Shown: positions 1 to 12,653 of the stretch, in pieces
How the letters are laid out: the number at the start of each line of letters is the position of its first letter
Numbering within the stretch: position 1 is the first letter of the stretch
DNA from: Elusimicrobiota bacterium
GTDB taxonomy: Bacteria > Elusimicrobiota > Elusimicrobia > UBA1565 > JACRDR01
Length of the DNA: 64,000 nt
Assembly (NCBI GenBank): GCA_041694815.1
Contig: JBGFSC010000010.1
Location: 1-64,000, forward strand
Reading direction: 5' to 3'
Notes under the pieces: generated by a model
Told to the model about the DNA's origin: nothing
The model's input: the letters and a program-made list of their open reading frames with translations, nothing else
Databases searched by the model: none
Program-made: the position numbers and the translations under genes

Positions 1-33
1 CAGTTGATGCAGGACTGTGTTATAATGAGGCAT
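1..33 (-). CDS. IS4-family transposase, N-terminal 11 codons (partial)
   Basis: GGAGG-6 nt-ATG CCT CAT TAT AAC ACA GTC CTG CAT CAA CTG = MPHYNTVLHQL, like the start of DUF4372-type IS4 transposases. The frame is open to the window edge. Confidence 0.7.
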   Translation of the reverse strand, partial: MPHYNTVLHQL

Positions 34-121
34 AGGCGTCCTCCGTCGGTAGATTGCTTCCTCGCAGAAACATTCTACCAATGACGAAGGGCGCCTACGC
101 TATTTTAACCGGACAGGAGTG
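1..121 (-). mobile_element. Left end of IS4-family insertion sequence (truncated by window edge)
   Basis: Minus strand starts CACTCCTGTCCGGTTAAAA (121-103), resembling IS4-family terminal inverted repeats. It is followed by a long hairpin (33-97), a GGAGG RBS and ATG at 33. Confidence 0.75.
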
Positions 122-298
122 CTCCGCGATCTCGTTTTCGGCGAGCGTCCAACGGGGATTCGGGCGTCCCGAATAAACGTCCAATTCGATTTCGATCTTG
201 GATCGGGAATCCAAGCGCTTCGGTCGGGGATCCGCCGAACAGGCCGCGAAGCAAAGCGCTAACGCGGCGATGGTTGTTTGGCGATATCCGATCATCAA
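122..298 (-). pseudogene. Putative lipoprotein gene 5' part, interrupted by the IS
   Basis: Signal peptide with lipobox-like FAAC, then ELDVYSGRPNPRWTL. The last ORF residues HSCPVKIA* are read from the IS terminal sequence. Confidence 0.6.
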
Positions 299-420
299 GG
301 TGACGATGATTTTAGCAAATGGGGAGGTCCCAGATTAGAAGGAGTCGATGATCGAAACCGGATTCGCCGAACGCTTCACGCCCCGACGGGAAATGTGGTA
401 TCATCGAGGCAGGAGCGATC

Positions 421-1170
421 ATGGGCGGCCATTCCCACTGGGCGGGCATCAAGCACAAGAAAGCGCTCGTAGACGCCAAACGCGGCAAGGTTTGGACGAA
501 AATCGTGCGCGAGATCACCATCGCCGCCCGGCTGGGCGGCGGGAACCCCGACGGCAACCCCCGGCTGCGCAAAGCCATCGACGACGCCAAGGCCGCCAAC
601 ATGCCGGCCGACAACGTCAAGCGGGCCATCCAGAAAGGAACGGGAGAGATCCCGGGCGTCTCCTATGAGGAACTGACCTACGAGGGCTATGGGGCCGGCG
701 GCGTGGCCGTGCTCTGCGAGGCGACCACCGACAACAAGAACCGCACCACCAGCGAGGTGCGCAAGATTTACGAGAACAACGGTGGCAAGATGGGCGGCGC
801 CGGGGCCGTCGCGTGGATGTTCCAACCGCGCGGCTATATCCGGGTTCCCAAGAGCGCGGGCAGCGAGGACTCCGTCATGTCCCTGGCCTTGGATCTGGGC
901 GCCGAGGATTTCAAGTCCGAATCGGACTCCTACGACATCGTCACCTCGACCCAGGATTTGGAGAAGGTGAAGGAGGGGCTTTCCGCCAAGAACATCCCCA
1001 TTGACTCCGCCGAGGCGACGATGGTGCCTACGAACACCGTCGCCGTCGAGGGCGAGGCGGCGCAGAGGGTGCTTAAGCTCATCGAGGAGCTCGAGGCCCA
1101 CGACGACATCAAGAACGTCTACGCGAATTTCGACATTCCCGACAACGTCCTAGCCCAATCCGAAAAATAA
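421..1170 (+). CDS. yebC: YebC/PmpR family protein
   Basis: MGGHSHWAGIKHKK, NPRLR, YEGYG, TDNKNRT motifs; AGGAG RBS; upstream of ruvC. Confidence 0.97.
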   Translation: MGGHSHWAGIKHKKALVDAKRGKVWTKIVREITIAARLGGGNPDGNPRLRKAIDDAKAANMPADNVKRAIQKGTGEIPGVSYEELTYEGYGAGGVAVLCEATTDNKNRTTSEVRKIYENNGGKMGGAGAVAWMFQPRGYIRVPKSAGSEDSVMSLALDLGAEDFKSESDSYDIVTSTQDLEKVKEGLSAKNIPIDSAEATMVPTNTVAVEGEAAQRVLKLIEELEAHDDIKNVYANFDIPDNVLAQSEK

Positions 1171-1688
1171 TGAGAATCCTCGGGATCGACCCGGGCGTGG
1201 CCGATACCGGATGGGCGGTTCTCGAGCAGCTTCCCCCCGGCGGCTCGGCGCGCCTGCTCGCCAGCGGCCTCGTGCGCAGCGCCCCTCCCGCGCCCCTGCC
1301 GGAGCGCCTTCTAGCCATCCACAAGGAGATCGGGGCGTTGCTCAACGCGCACCGCCCCGAAGCGATGGCGATCGAAGAGATGTTTTTCCTCAAGGCGGCC
1401 AACACGGTGCGCGCCTCGCTGCAGGCCCGCGGGGTGATACTCCTGGCGGCCTCACAGGCCCGGGTCCCGGTCTCCGAATACAACCCGCGCCAGGTCAAAT
1501 CGGCGCTCACCGGCAGCGGCGCCGCGCTCAAGCCCCAGATGCAGAAGATGGTGCAGCGCGCGCTGGGCCTGCCCGACATCCTGCGCCCCGACGACGTCGC
1601 CGACGCGGCCGCCATCGCGCTCTGCCACCTGCGCTCGGCCCGGATCAAGCGGCTGCGCGTGCTGGGCCGTATCGGAGCCCCGGCGTGA
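1170..1688 (+). CDS. ruvC: Holliday junction resolvase RuvC
   Basis: ILGIDPG, AIEE, QARGV, DDVADA motifs. Confidence 0.96.
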   Translation: MRILGIDPGVADTGWAVLEQLPPGGSARLLASGLVRSAPPAPLPERLLAIHKEIGALLNAHRPEAMAIEEMFFLKAANTVRASLQARGVILLAASQARVPVSEYNPRQVKSALTGSGAALKPQMQKMVQRALGLPDILRPDDVADAAAIALCHLRSARIKRLRVLGRIGAPA

Positions 1689-2284
1689 TCGCCTCGCTAC
1701 GGGGCACCCTGCTGGAAAAAGACGGGGGCACCGTCGTCTTGGACGTCGCCGGGGTCGGCTACGAGGTGCATGTCGCCGCGCACTCGCTCACGCGGCTCAC
1801 CGTCGGGCAGGTCGCTGAGCTCTACATCTGCGAATCGACCGCGCTCTACGGCGGCGGCACGACGCTCTATGGCTTCCTTTCCCGCGACGAAAAGGAGATA
1901 TTCCTCTCGCTGCGGGACCATGTCCCCTCGACCGGGGCCAAGAAGGCCCTTGAGTACCTCGACAAGGCCTCGCGCTCCTTGCCCGATTTCCGCCGAGCCA
2001 TACTCGACTCCGACGCGCGCATGCTCGCCGAGGCGTTCGGCTTCAGCAAAAAGACGGCCGAACGCCTTATCCATGGCCTCAAGGATAAATTGGGCGACGC
2101 CCGCGGCGAGCCGCGCCCCGGCCCCGCCGCCGGCGGCGTCATGAGCCAGGCCTTGGACGCCTTGTCGGCGCTGGGGTATCGGGCCGCCGAGGCCCGCGCG
2201 GCGCTGCAATCGATCGCACCGGAAATCCAGGGGCGCGCGCTCCCCGTCGAGGACGTACTACGATTGGCGCTCAAGAGGCTATAA
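1685..2284 (+). CDS. ruvA: Holliday junction branch migration protein RuvA
   Basis: GTG at 1685 overlapping the ruvC stop (GTGA); IASLRG, GVGYEV, LYGF, ALSALGY. Confidence 0.95.
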   Translation: MIASLRGTLLEKDGGTVVLDVAGVGYEVHVAAHSLTRLTVGQVAELYICESTALYGGGTTLYGFLSRDEKEIFLSLRDHVPSTGAKKALEYLDKASRSLPDFRRAILDSDARMLAEAFGFSKKTAERLIHGLKDKLGDARGEPRPGPAAGGVMSQALDALSALGYRAAEARAALQSIAPEIQGRALPVEDVLRLALKRL

Positions 2285-2285
2285 C

Positions 2286-3301
<1,016 letters not shown>

Positions 3302-3305
<4 letters not shown>

Positions 3306-4436
3306 CCGCGTTTCTTCTCTTGCTCGCTGGGTTTTGCGCGGCGGAAGGCCGCCCGGCGCGCATATCCGATTCGCTGGTGCAGATCGGCATCGTACGCCAA
3401 GAACGCTCGTTGACCCTGCGCCCGGCTGGGCGCTTCTCGATCATCGACCAAAAGACCGGCCAGTCCCATCTCCTCGAGGACAAACGGCTCTACCCGGTCG
3501 AGGCGCGACCCATGGCCCTTCGCTTCGGCCCCTTCGATTTCGAGGGACAGGTGAGGCTTTCCCCCGAAACCGCCTCCGGCTACGTCGAGCTGGGTCCGCG
3601 GAAATACGGGGGAAGCCTCATCATCCGCGCCGACAGGGACTCCACGCTCACCGTGGTTCAGGAGACTGGGCTGGAGGAGTACCTAAGCGGGGTGCTGCCG
3701 GTCGAGATGAGCCCCGAATGGCCTGTCGAGGCCCTCAAGGCGCAGGCCGTCGTCGCGCGCACCTTCGCCCTCGGCAATCTGGGCAAGTTCCAGCGTTCCG
3801 GTTTCGATTTCTCCGACGACGCGCGCAGCCAGGTCTACGCCGGTCTCGACCGCCAGGACCCCCGGACGACGGCGGCCGTGCGCGAGACCGAGGGCGAGGT
3901 GCTCGCCTGGCGGGGCAAGCCGCTCAAGGTTTTCTTCCATTCCTGCTGCGGCGGGCACTCGGCCGACGTCGCCACCGTCTGGGGCAGCGCGGAAAAAACC
4001 CCGCCTCCCGGCCGCGGCGTGCGGGACCGCACCTGCGAGGCTTCCCCGCATTACTCCTGGACCGCCTACTTTTCCAATGAGGCCATCCTGGCCGCGCTCC
4101 AAGGCCACGGCATACTCGTGACCTCGCTGCGCGGGATATCCGTCGGGCGCCGGGACCGGGCCTCGGGCTACGCGAAAACCCTGCGCTTGACGGCGGGCCG
4201 GCGCGTCATCGAACTGCGGGCCAACGATTTCCGCAACTGGATCGGCAGCACCGAGCTCAGGAGCACCAAGATACTGCGCATCGCTCGGCGCAAGCACGGC
4301 TACCAGTTCGAGGGCTCCGGATACGGGCACGGGGTGGGGCTCTGCCAATGGGGCGCGCGCCTACAGGCCGATCGCGGTAAGGATTACCGCCAAATCCTGA
4401 AGTTCTATTTTCCCGGCGCCGAAATCCGAAAGCGCG

Positions 4437-4444
<8 letters not shown>
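3302..4444 (+). CDS. SpoIID/LytB domain protein (lytic transglycosylase-like)
   Basis: [49 protein letters not shown]. Confidence 0.93.
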
Positions 4445-6607
<2,163 letters not shown>

Positions 6608-6751
6608 CGGCGTGGCGCTTGCTATGCGTGTGCCTCAACATGACTTGCCCCCCCTGTCCGTAGGAAACCCAAAACGATAAGACCGCGGACCTAGTCCGGA
6701 TAGGACCTTGGCCTCATGTCGTTTTTAACTGCTTTCCATATAATTTGACTT

Positions 6752-7453
6752 ATGAATAACTTGATTTCCGCTCTCGTCTTTGTCGTTTCACTGCCACTCT
6801 CTGCTCAGGCCTTGGATCCGATAACCCATCAAAAACCAAGGTGGAAGAGTGCCGCGATGCTGCTCGATCTGCCGCCGCTCAATTCCGCGATTTATCTCGC
6901 GACTCAAAACTCGAAGATCGAAGCCGCAGAAGATCGGGTCCTTTATCATGTGCAGGGAACGGTCGGCGGACAAAACGTCGACTACAAGGTGGTCAAGATC
7001 AAGGATAAGGTGTTGACCCTGCTCGGCGAGTTCATGGGCCGGTTCCTTGCGTTCACCGCCGCCAATCACGGCCGGAACGTCGAATGGAAAGACACCGAGA
7101 ACGTGATGCCGAAGAGCGAGATCGCCTTAAAGGCCGTCACGCAAGGCATCCGCAACGGTTACCAGTTGATCGGCAATATCGATGACGTCCCCTTCAAAGC
7201 CGCCGTCACCCTCAACGACGCGCCCGAGAATGACCAGATCTATTCCTACAGCGGTGAGATCGGCCACGTCCCTTTCTGGATGATCGCGACGAAGGCGGGC
7301 GAGGGCCAGGTCAAGATCCGCGGCGTCTTCGGCAGCGTCGGGGATACTGCGATCAACCTGACCGTCACCAAGACTGGTGAAAATACGAGCAGCATCGAAG
7401 GCTCCTACGCGGGGATCCCGGTTCAAGAAACCGTCACCATAGAATCGCACTAA
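6752..7453 (+). CDS. Hypothetical secreted protein with beta-hairpin-like repeats
   Basis: 233-aa ORF with signal peptide (AQA), own TATAAT promoter and about six internal repeats; no family recognised. Confidence 0.75.
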   Translation: MNNLISALVFVVSLPLSAQALDPITHQKPRWKSAAMLLDLPPLNSAIYLATQNSKIEAAEDRVLYHVQGTVGGQNVDYKVVKIKDKVLTLLGEFMGRFLAFTAANHGRNVEWKDTENVMPKSEIALKAVTQGIRNGYQLIGNIDDVPFKAAVTLNDAPENDQIYSYSGEIGHVPFWMIATKAGEGQVKIRGVFGSVGDTAINLTVTKTGENTSSIEGSYAGIPVQETVTIESH

Positions 7454-7547
7454 TCTTGTATTAATGCCTCCACCCCCTCGAAGAGGGGCAACGAATCAGG
7501 TAGAAATATTTGTGTTTATTCTGACCGATAAGCTATAATCGCGCGGA

Positions 7548-7826
7548 ATGAATCAGGCGCCGCCGAACCCCCTGATGAGCCTGCTGCCCATCGCGGCGAT
7601 TTTCCTGATTTTCTACTTCCTCATCATCCGTCCCCAGCAGAAGCAGGCCAAGGAGCATCAAAAGATGCTCGAGGCATTGAAAAAGGGCGACCGCGTGCTG
7701 ACCAACGGCGGCATCTATGGCACGATCGTCGGCTTCCGGGGCACGGACATCGAGCTTAAGGTCGCCGAGAACCTCAAGATCTTGGTGGCGCGCTCGGCCG
7801 TCAGCCGGCTCGCCAACGAAGCGTGA
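7548..7826 (+). CDS. yajC: Preprotein translocase subunit YajC
   Basis: FYFLIIRPQQK, LKKGDRVLTNGGIYG; precedes secD. Confidence 0.96.
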   Translation: MNQAPPNPLMSLLPIAAIFLIFYFLIIRPQQKQAKEHQKMLEALKKGDRVLTNGGIYGTIVGFRGTDIELKVAENLKILVARSAVSRLANEA

Positions 7827-9235
7827 CCAAACTCCAGGCCAAGTGGGCCGGGATACTGGCGCTGGTGGCCTTAAGCCTCTTCTTCCTCTATCCCAGCATC
7901 CAGTGGTATTCTCTAGACGCCTCCGAGCGCCGCAAGATGGAGGCGGCGCGCATGCGGCCCAAGTGGCTGCTTAATCTCGGCCTCGACCTTAAGGGCGGCA
8001 CTCATCTGCTGCTGGAGGTCGACATCGCCAAGCTCCCCCCCAACGTCGACATTCTCGACGCGGTCAGCCGCGCCATCGAGATTATTCGCAACCGGGTGGA
8101 CCAGTTCGGCGTCGCCGAGCCGTTGATCGCCAAGCAGGGCGAGCGCTGGATCGTCGTGCAGCTGCCCGGCATTACCAACGCCGAGCAGGCCAAGGAGGTG
8201 CTCGGCAAGACCGCGCAGCTCGAGTTCCGCATGGTCGACGACTCCGAGCAGGCCCGCCAGGCGATGCAGAAGATCGCCGAGATCAATCCCTTCGAAAACG
8301 GCAAGCCGACGCCTGCGGCCTCCAAGCTGCTGCCACCCGGCACGGTGCTGCTGCCCGGCCGCGAGGAGACATTTTACGTCGTCAGCGCCTCCGTCCCGCT
8401 GACCGGAACCGATCTCGAAACCGCCCGTGTGAGCACCGGTGATTTCGGCATGCCGGTCGTCGAGTTCAAGTTCAAGTCCGGCTCCGATGGGGCGAGGATA
8501 TTCGGCGCCCTCACGGGAGCCAACGTCGGCAAGCGCATGGCCATCGTGCTCGACGGGGTGGTCTATTCGGCGCCGAGCATCCGCTCGCGCATCTCGGGCG
8601 GCTCGGGCTATATCGAGGGCAACTTCAAGATGGAGGACGCGCGCAACCTCGCCATCGTGCTGCGCGCGGGAGCGCTGCCGGCGCCGGTTAAAATCATCGA
8701 GGAGCGCACCGTCGGGCCCACGCTGGGCGAGGACTCGATTCGTTCGGGCCTGACCGCGATCGCCCTTGGCATCGGCATCATCCTGCTGTTCTTCGCCGTT
8801 TATTACAAACTCTCCGGAATCTTCACGGACTTCGCGCTCGGCCTCAACCTCTTCTTCCTGCTCGCGGTCATGGCTTACTTCGGGTCGACCCTGACGCTTC
8901 CCGGCATCGCGGGCATCGCGCTCAACGTCGCGATGGCCGTCGACGCGAACATCCTGATCTTGGAGCGCATCCGCGAGGAGCTGCTCAAGGGCAAGCCGAT
9001 GCGCCTGGCGGTCGACGCGGGCTTCGACCTCTCGGCGAGCGCGATCCTCGACTCCAACTTGACCGTCCTGGCCGCGGCCGCCCTTCTCTTTCAGTTCGGC
9101 ACGGGGCCGATCAAGGGTTTCGCCGTCACCCTGACCATCGGCACGATCATCAGCATGTTCACCGCCACGGTCTTTACGCGCATGATGTACGAGCTCTGGC
9201 TCTCCAACCGCGACGTCACGGAGCTCAGCATATGA
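7823..9235 (+). CDS. secD: Protein translocase subunit SecD
   Basis: LGLDLKGG, RVDQFGVAEP, VGPTLG, AVDANILILERIREE. Confidence 0.97.
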   Translation: MTKLQAKWAGILALVALSLFFLYPSIQWYSLDASERRKMEAARMRPKWLLNLGLDLKGGTHLLLEVDIAKLPPNVDILDAVSRAIEIIRNRVDQFGVAEPLIAKQGERWIVVQLPGITNAEQAKEVLGKTAQLEFRMVDDSEQARQAMQKIAEINPFENGKPTPAASKLLPPGTVLLPGREETFYVVSASVPLTGTDLETARVSTGDFGMPVVEFKFKSGSDGARIFGALTGANVGKRMAIVLDGVVYSAPSIRSRISGGSGYIEGNFKMEDARNLAIVLRAGALPAPVKIIEERTVGPTLGEDSIRSGLTAIALGIGIILLFFAVYYKLSGIFTDFALGLNLFFLLAVMAYFGSTLTLPGIAGIALNVAMAVDANILILERIREELLKGKPMRLAVDAGFDLSASAILDSNLTVLAAAALLFQFGTGPIKGFAVTLTIGTIISMFTATVFTRMMYELWLSNRDVTELSI

Positions 9236-10140
9236 TCGTCCTCTTCCGGACCCCCGACATCGACTGGATCGGCAAGCGCAAAATCTGCTTCGCCCTCTCG
9301 TTCGCCTTGATGGCCGCCAGCGCGGCCTCGATCCTGACGCGCGGCTTCAACTACGGCATCGACTTCACGGGCGGGACGTTCCTCCACGTCACGTACGAGA
9401 AGCCGAAATCGCTCTCGGCCATCCGCAAGGACCTGGCCAAGGCCGGCTATCCGGACGCCGTGCCGCAAAGCCTGGGCGGCGGCGCGGAGAACGCCTACGG
9501 CATCCGCCTCAAGGGCGAGGCGGAGATGGACGCCAAGACCGTCGATACATTCGTCGCCAAGCTACGGGCCACCGACCCGGAAGGGAAGTTTCGGGTGGAC
9601 CGAAGGGAGTTCGTCGGGCCAACCGTCGGGCGCTACCTGAAGCGCCAGGCGATCTTCGCGATCGCGGGGGCGCTCTTGGCGATCATCGTATACGTCGCCT
9701 TTCGATTCTCGAACCCCCTCTGGGGCGCCGTGGGCGTATTCGCGCTGGCGCACGACGTCATCGCGACGGCCGGTCTCTTCTCCATCACCGGCAAGGAGGT
9801 CGATCTCACCATCGTCGCCGCGCTGCTGACCATCGCCGGCTACAGCATCAACGACACGATCGTGATCTTCGACCGTATGCGCGAAAAGATGCGGGTATTG
9901 CGCCGCGAGCCGATGTCTGAGATCATCAATGCGAGCGTCAACGAGACCCTCTCGCGCACGATCATGACCAACGTGAACGTCATCGTGGTCGTGCTCATCT
10001 TGTTCCTCGTCGGCGGTCCGGTCATCCACGATTTCGCGCTAGCCATGCTCTTCGGCGGCATCGTCGGCACGTACTCGACAATCGCCGTGGCGACGCCGCT
10101 GGTCTTCGAGTGGGAAAATCGCAAGGGGAGGAAAGGATGA
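9232..10140 (+). CDS. secF: Protein translocase subunit SecF
   Basis: GIDFTGG, VGPTVG, HDV, GYSINDTIVIFDR.RE. Confidence 0.97.
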   Translation: MIVLFRTPDIDWIGKRKICFALSFALMAASAASILTRGFNYGIDFTGGTFLHVTYEKPKSLSAIRKDLAKAGYPDAVPQSLGGGAENAYGIRLKGEAEMDAKTVDTFVAKLRATDPEGKFRVDRREFVGPTVGRYLKRQAIFAIAGALLAIIVYVAFRFSNPLWGAVGVFALAHDVIATAGLFSITGKEVDLTIVAALLTIAGYSINDTIVIFDRMREKMRVLRREPMSEIINASVNETLSRTIMTNVNVIVVVLILFLVGGPVIHDFALAMLFGGIVGTYSTIAVATPLVFEWENRKGRKG

Positions 10141-10709
10141 AGAAGATCCGCGGCTTCAAGCTGAACCTTCGCCTCAAGGAGCTCCAGCGCCGCGCCAAGA
10201 AGGCGAAGCTCGATCTCGCCTCGCTCGGCTTCGAGGGCGACGCCTCTCTGTCGGCATGGATCGGCTCGGCCTCCGCCGCAGCCTCCCCTGCCGTGCTCTA
10301 CGACAGCTTCCCGGCCGGCGGCCAGCACACCCCGGGCCTGACCTCGATGCCGGGCCTCGCCTATTCCCTCTGCATCTCCACCTTGGGAGCCGACTGGGAA
10401 CTTCTGCGCGAACGCTCCCTCGAGGACAAGCCCGCCCTCGCCCCGCTCTTCGAAATCGCGACGGAGGCCGCTCTCGAGGAAGCGGTGCGCTTCGTCTCCG
10501 GCCTCGTGGAGGAGGAGGCCAAGGCCGAACGCTGCGCCTTAAGCCCGATCCAATTCATCACCGAGACGCCCGCCCTCCAGGCGGTGCTCTCTCGCCTCGA
10601 AGGGCATAAGATCGGCGTCGCCATGGGAGAGTCCGCCTTGAGGCCCGCCTGCTCGATCGCCTTCAGCCTCAGCTGGCTCGCCAAGAGCCGCACCCGCGCG
10701 AAAGCCTAG
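10137..10709 (+). CDS. Hypothetical protein, weak resemblance to the B12 methionine synthase activation domain
   Basis: ATG at 10137 overlapping the secF stop; TLG...EAALE...IGV..ES.L.P..S pattern, lacking the R.SPGY motif. Confidence 0.55.
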   Translation: MKKIRGFKLNLRLKELQRRAKKAKLDLASLGFEGDASLSAWIGSASAAASPAVLYDSFPAGGQHTPGLTSMPGLAYSLCISTLGADWELLRERSLEDKPALAPLFEIATEAALEEAVRFVSGLVEEEAKAERCALSPIQFITETPALQAVLSRLEGHKIGVAMGESALRPACSIAFSLSWLAKSRTRAKA

Positions 10710-10710
10710 A

Positions 10711-11352
10711 TTGGACCTTTTGCGCCGGGTCGCCCCGTATCTCGGCTACCTTTTCGTCAGCCTCGTCGGCGCCACCTCCCGCATCCGCTGGGTCGGCCGC
10801 GATCATTTAGAAGAGCTCGAGCGCCGAGGCCTGGGCTTCATCTACGCCTTCTGGCACAGCCGCCAGGTGTTCTTCACCTACACCCACCGCGGGGCGGGGG
10901 TGCACGTGCTGGTGAGCCGCAGCCGCGACGGCGAGATCATCGCCCGCGTGATGGAGCTCTCCGACATCGTAGCCGTGCGCGGCTCCTCCTCCAAGGGGGC
11001 CGCGGCCGGCGCGCGGGAGCTCATGGATCTCGCTCGCGAACGCAAGATCATCGGTCTGACTCCCGACGGCCCCCGAGGGCCCGCGCGGAAATCAAAGGCC
11101 GGCGTCGTCTTCCTGGCGCAGAAGACCGGGCTGCCGATACTGCCCATCGCCAACGCGCTCAGCCGCAAGCTGGTATTTAGGAAGTCCTGGGACAGTTTCC
11201 AGGTCCCCCTACCGTTTTCGCGGGCCTTTCTCGTCTGCGGGAAACCGGTGTTCGTCAGTCCCGAGGACGATCTCCGGGCGAAACTGCGGGAGCTAGACGC
11301 GGAGCTCAACCGGGTGACCGACGAGGCCGATCGGCTGGCCGAAGGGAGATGA
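10711..11352 (+). CDS. DUF374 / lysophospholipid acyltransferase family protein
   Basis: AFWH, SRSRDGE, VRGSS, TPDGPRGP, SWD; usual neighbour of waaA. Confidence 0.9.
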   Translation: MDLLRRVAPYLGYLFVSLVGATSRIRWVGRDHLEELERRGLGFIYAFWHSRQVFFTYTHRGAGVHVLVSRSRDGEIIARVMELSDIVAVRGSSSKGAAAGARELMDLARERKIIGLTPDGPRGPARKSKAGVVFLAQKTGLPILPIANALSRKLVFRKSWDSFQVPLPFSRAFLVCGKPVFVSPEDDLRAKLRELDAELNRVTDEADRLAEGR

Positions 11353-12644
11353 CGATACTACTTCTGGCCGTCTACCAGCTGTTCTTCCCGGCGGTCGCCC
11401 TGGCCGTCGCGATCGGCTTTATCCTTGCCGGCCGCGGCGCGAGCCTGCGCGAGGGCCCCGCGGAACTGCGCCAGCGGCTCGGCTGCATTTCCGCCGCAGA
11501 GCTCGGCCGCCTCCGCCCAGATCCCGTGCTGTGGATACATGCGGCCTCGGTCGGGGAGGTCGCCGCGGCAGCGGCGCTGCTCAAGAAGCTCCGCGGAAGC
11601 TCGAAGATTCTCATGACCACCTCGACCGTCGCGGGCCGCGAGCAGGCCTCGCGTCTTGACGGGGTGGACCTCGCCGTCCTAGCTCCCTGCGATTTCTATC
11701 CGGCCGTCTATGCCTTTTTAAAACGCGCCCGTCCCCACGCGCTTGTCATCGTCGAGACGGAGCTCTGGCCCATGACCCTGTGGGCGGCGCGGCGCTTCGG
11801 CCTGCGCGTCTGCGTCGCCAACGGACGCCTGACCGAGCGCTCCTTGGCACGCTATCTTTGGATACGCCCCGCGATATCCCCCCTCTTGGCCCATATAGAC
11901 GCGGCGGCCGTGCAGACCGGCTCCGACGCGGAGCGCTTCGCCGCGCTCGGGCTCCCCCGATCCCGCATCCATATCTGCGGCAACGTGAAATACGACGCCC
12001 GGGCGCCGGAGGCCGAAGCCGTTGAGAAGATGCGCGCTTTTTTCGGCGGGATGGGATGGCAAGGCCATGAGGTCTTGGCTGCCGGAAGCACCCGTCCCGG
12101 GGAGGAGGAGATCGTCTTGTCGGCCTTCTCGCGGATCCGAAAGTCCGTCCCAAGCGCGCGATTACTCCTCGCGCCGAGGCACGTGGAGCGCGCCGAAGAG
12201 TTATGCCGATCGCTCGAGTCCATCGGCCTCTCCGTGCTCCGATATTCCTCAAGGCGTCCTCGGGCCGCCGACTGCCTCCTTCTCGATGAGCTCGGCCATT
12301 TGGCCTCGGCCTACGCCGCCTCGGATATCGCCTTCGTGGGCGGCACCCTGCTCCCCTTCGGCGGGCATAACGTGCTCGAACCTGCGATTTCCTCGCGGCC
12401 CGTCTTGTTCGGGGAATTCACGGATACGGTCGCGGGTCCCGCCCTCGACCTGGAGCAAGGAGGAGGCGGCATCCGCGTCCGTAACGCGGACGAATTGGCC
12501 CAAGCCGCGGCGCCGCTTCTCGCCGATCCCACCTTGAGGCAACGGCGCGGCGAACAGGCGCGTCAGACGGCTTTGGCCTACGGCGGAGCCACGGGCCGGA
12601 CGATAAACGTCTTGGTGCCGATACTAAAACCCACCGAAGCCTGA
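11349..12644 (+). CDS. waaA: Kdo transferase
   Basis: WIHAASVGE, ETELWP, GNVKYD, APRH.ER, GGHNVLEPA. Confidence 0.95.
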   Translation: MTILLLAVYQLFFPAVALAVAIGFILAGRGASLREGPAELRQRLGCISAAELGRLRPDPVLWIHAASVGEVAAAAALLKKLRGSSKILMTTSTVAGREQASRLDGVDLAVLAPCDFYPAVYAFLKRARPHALVIVETELWPMTLWAARRFGLRVCVANGRLTERSLARYLWIRPAISPLLAHIDAAAVQTGSDAERFAALGLPRSRIHICGNVKYDARAPEAEAVEKMRAFFGGMGWQGHEVLAAGSTRPGEEEIVLSAFSRIRKSVPSARLLLAPRHVERAEELCRSLESIGLSVLRYSSRRPRAADCLLLDELGHLASAYAASDIAFVGGTLLPFGGHNVLEPAISSRPVLFGEFTDTVAGPALDLEQGGGGIRVRNADELAQAAAPLLADPTLRQRRGEQARQTALAYGGATGRTINVLVPILKPTEA

Positions 12645-12653
12645 TCTCGGAAA

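Noticed and set aside
1211..1684. Long N-terminal extensions in the ORF track (1211, 15321, 19134, 26892, 50066, 51617, 54673, 59053, 61569)
   Set aside because: They overlap real upstream genes; family motifs begin at downstream coupled starts.
7473..7487. Short hairpin CCCCTC-GAA-GAGGGG after the 6752 gene
   Set aside because: Six-bp stem without a U-tract; too weak to call a terminator.
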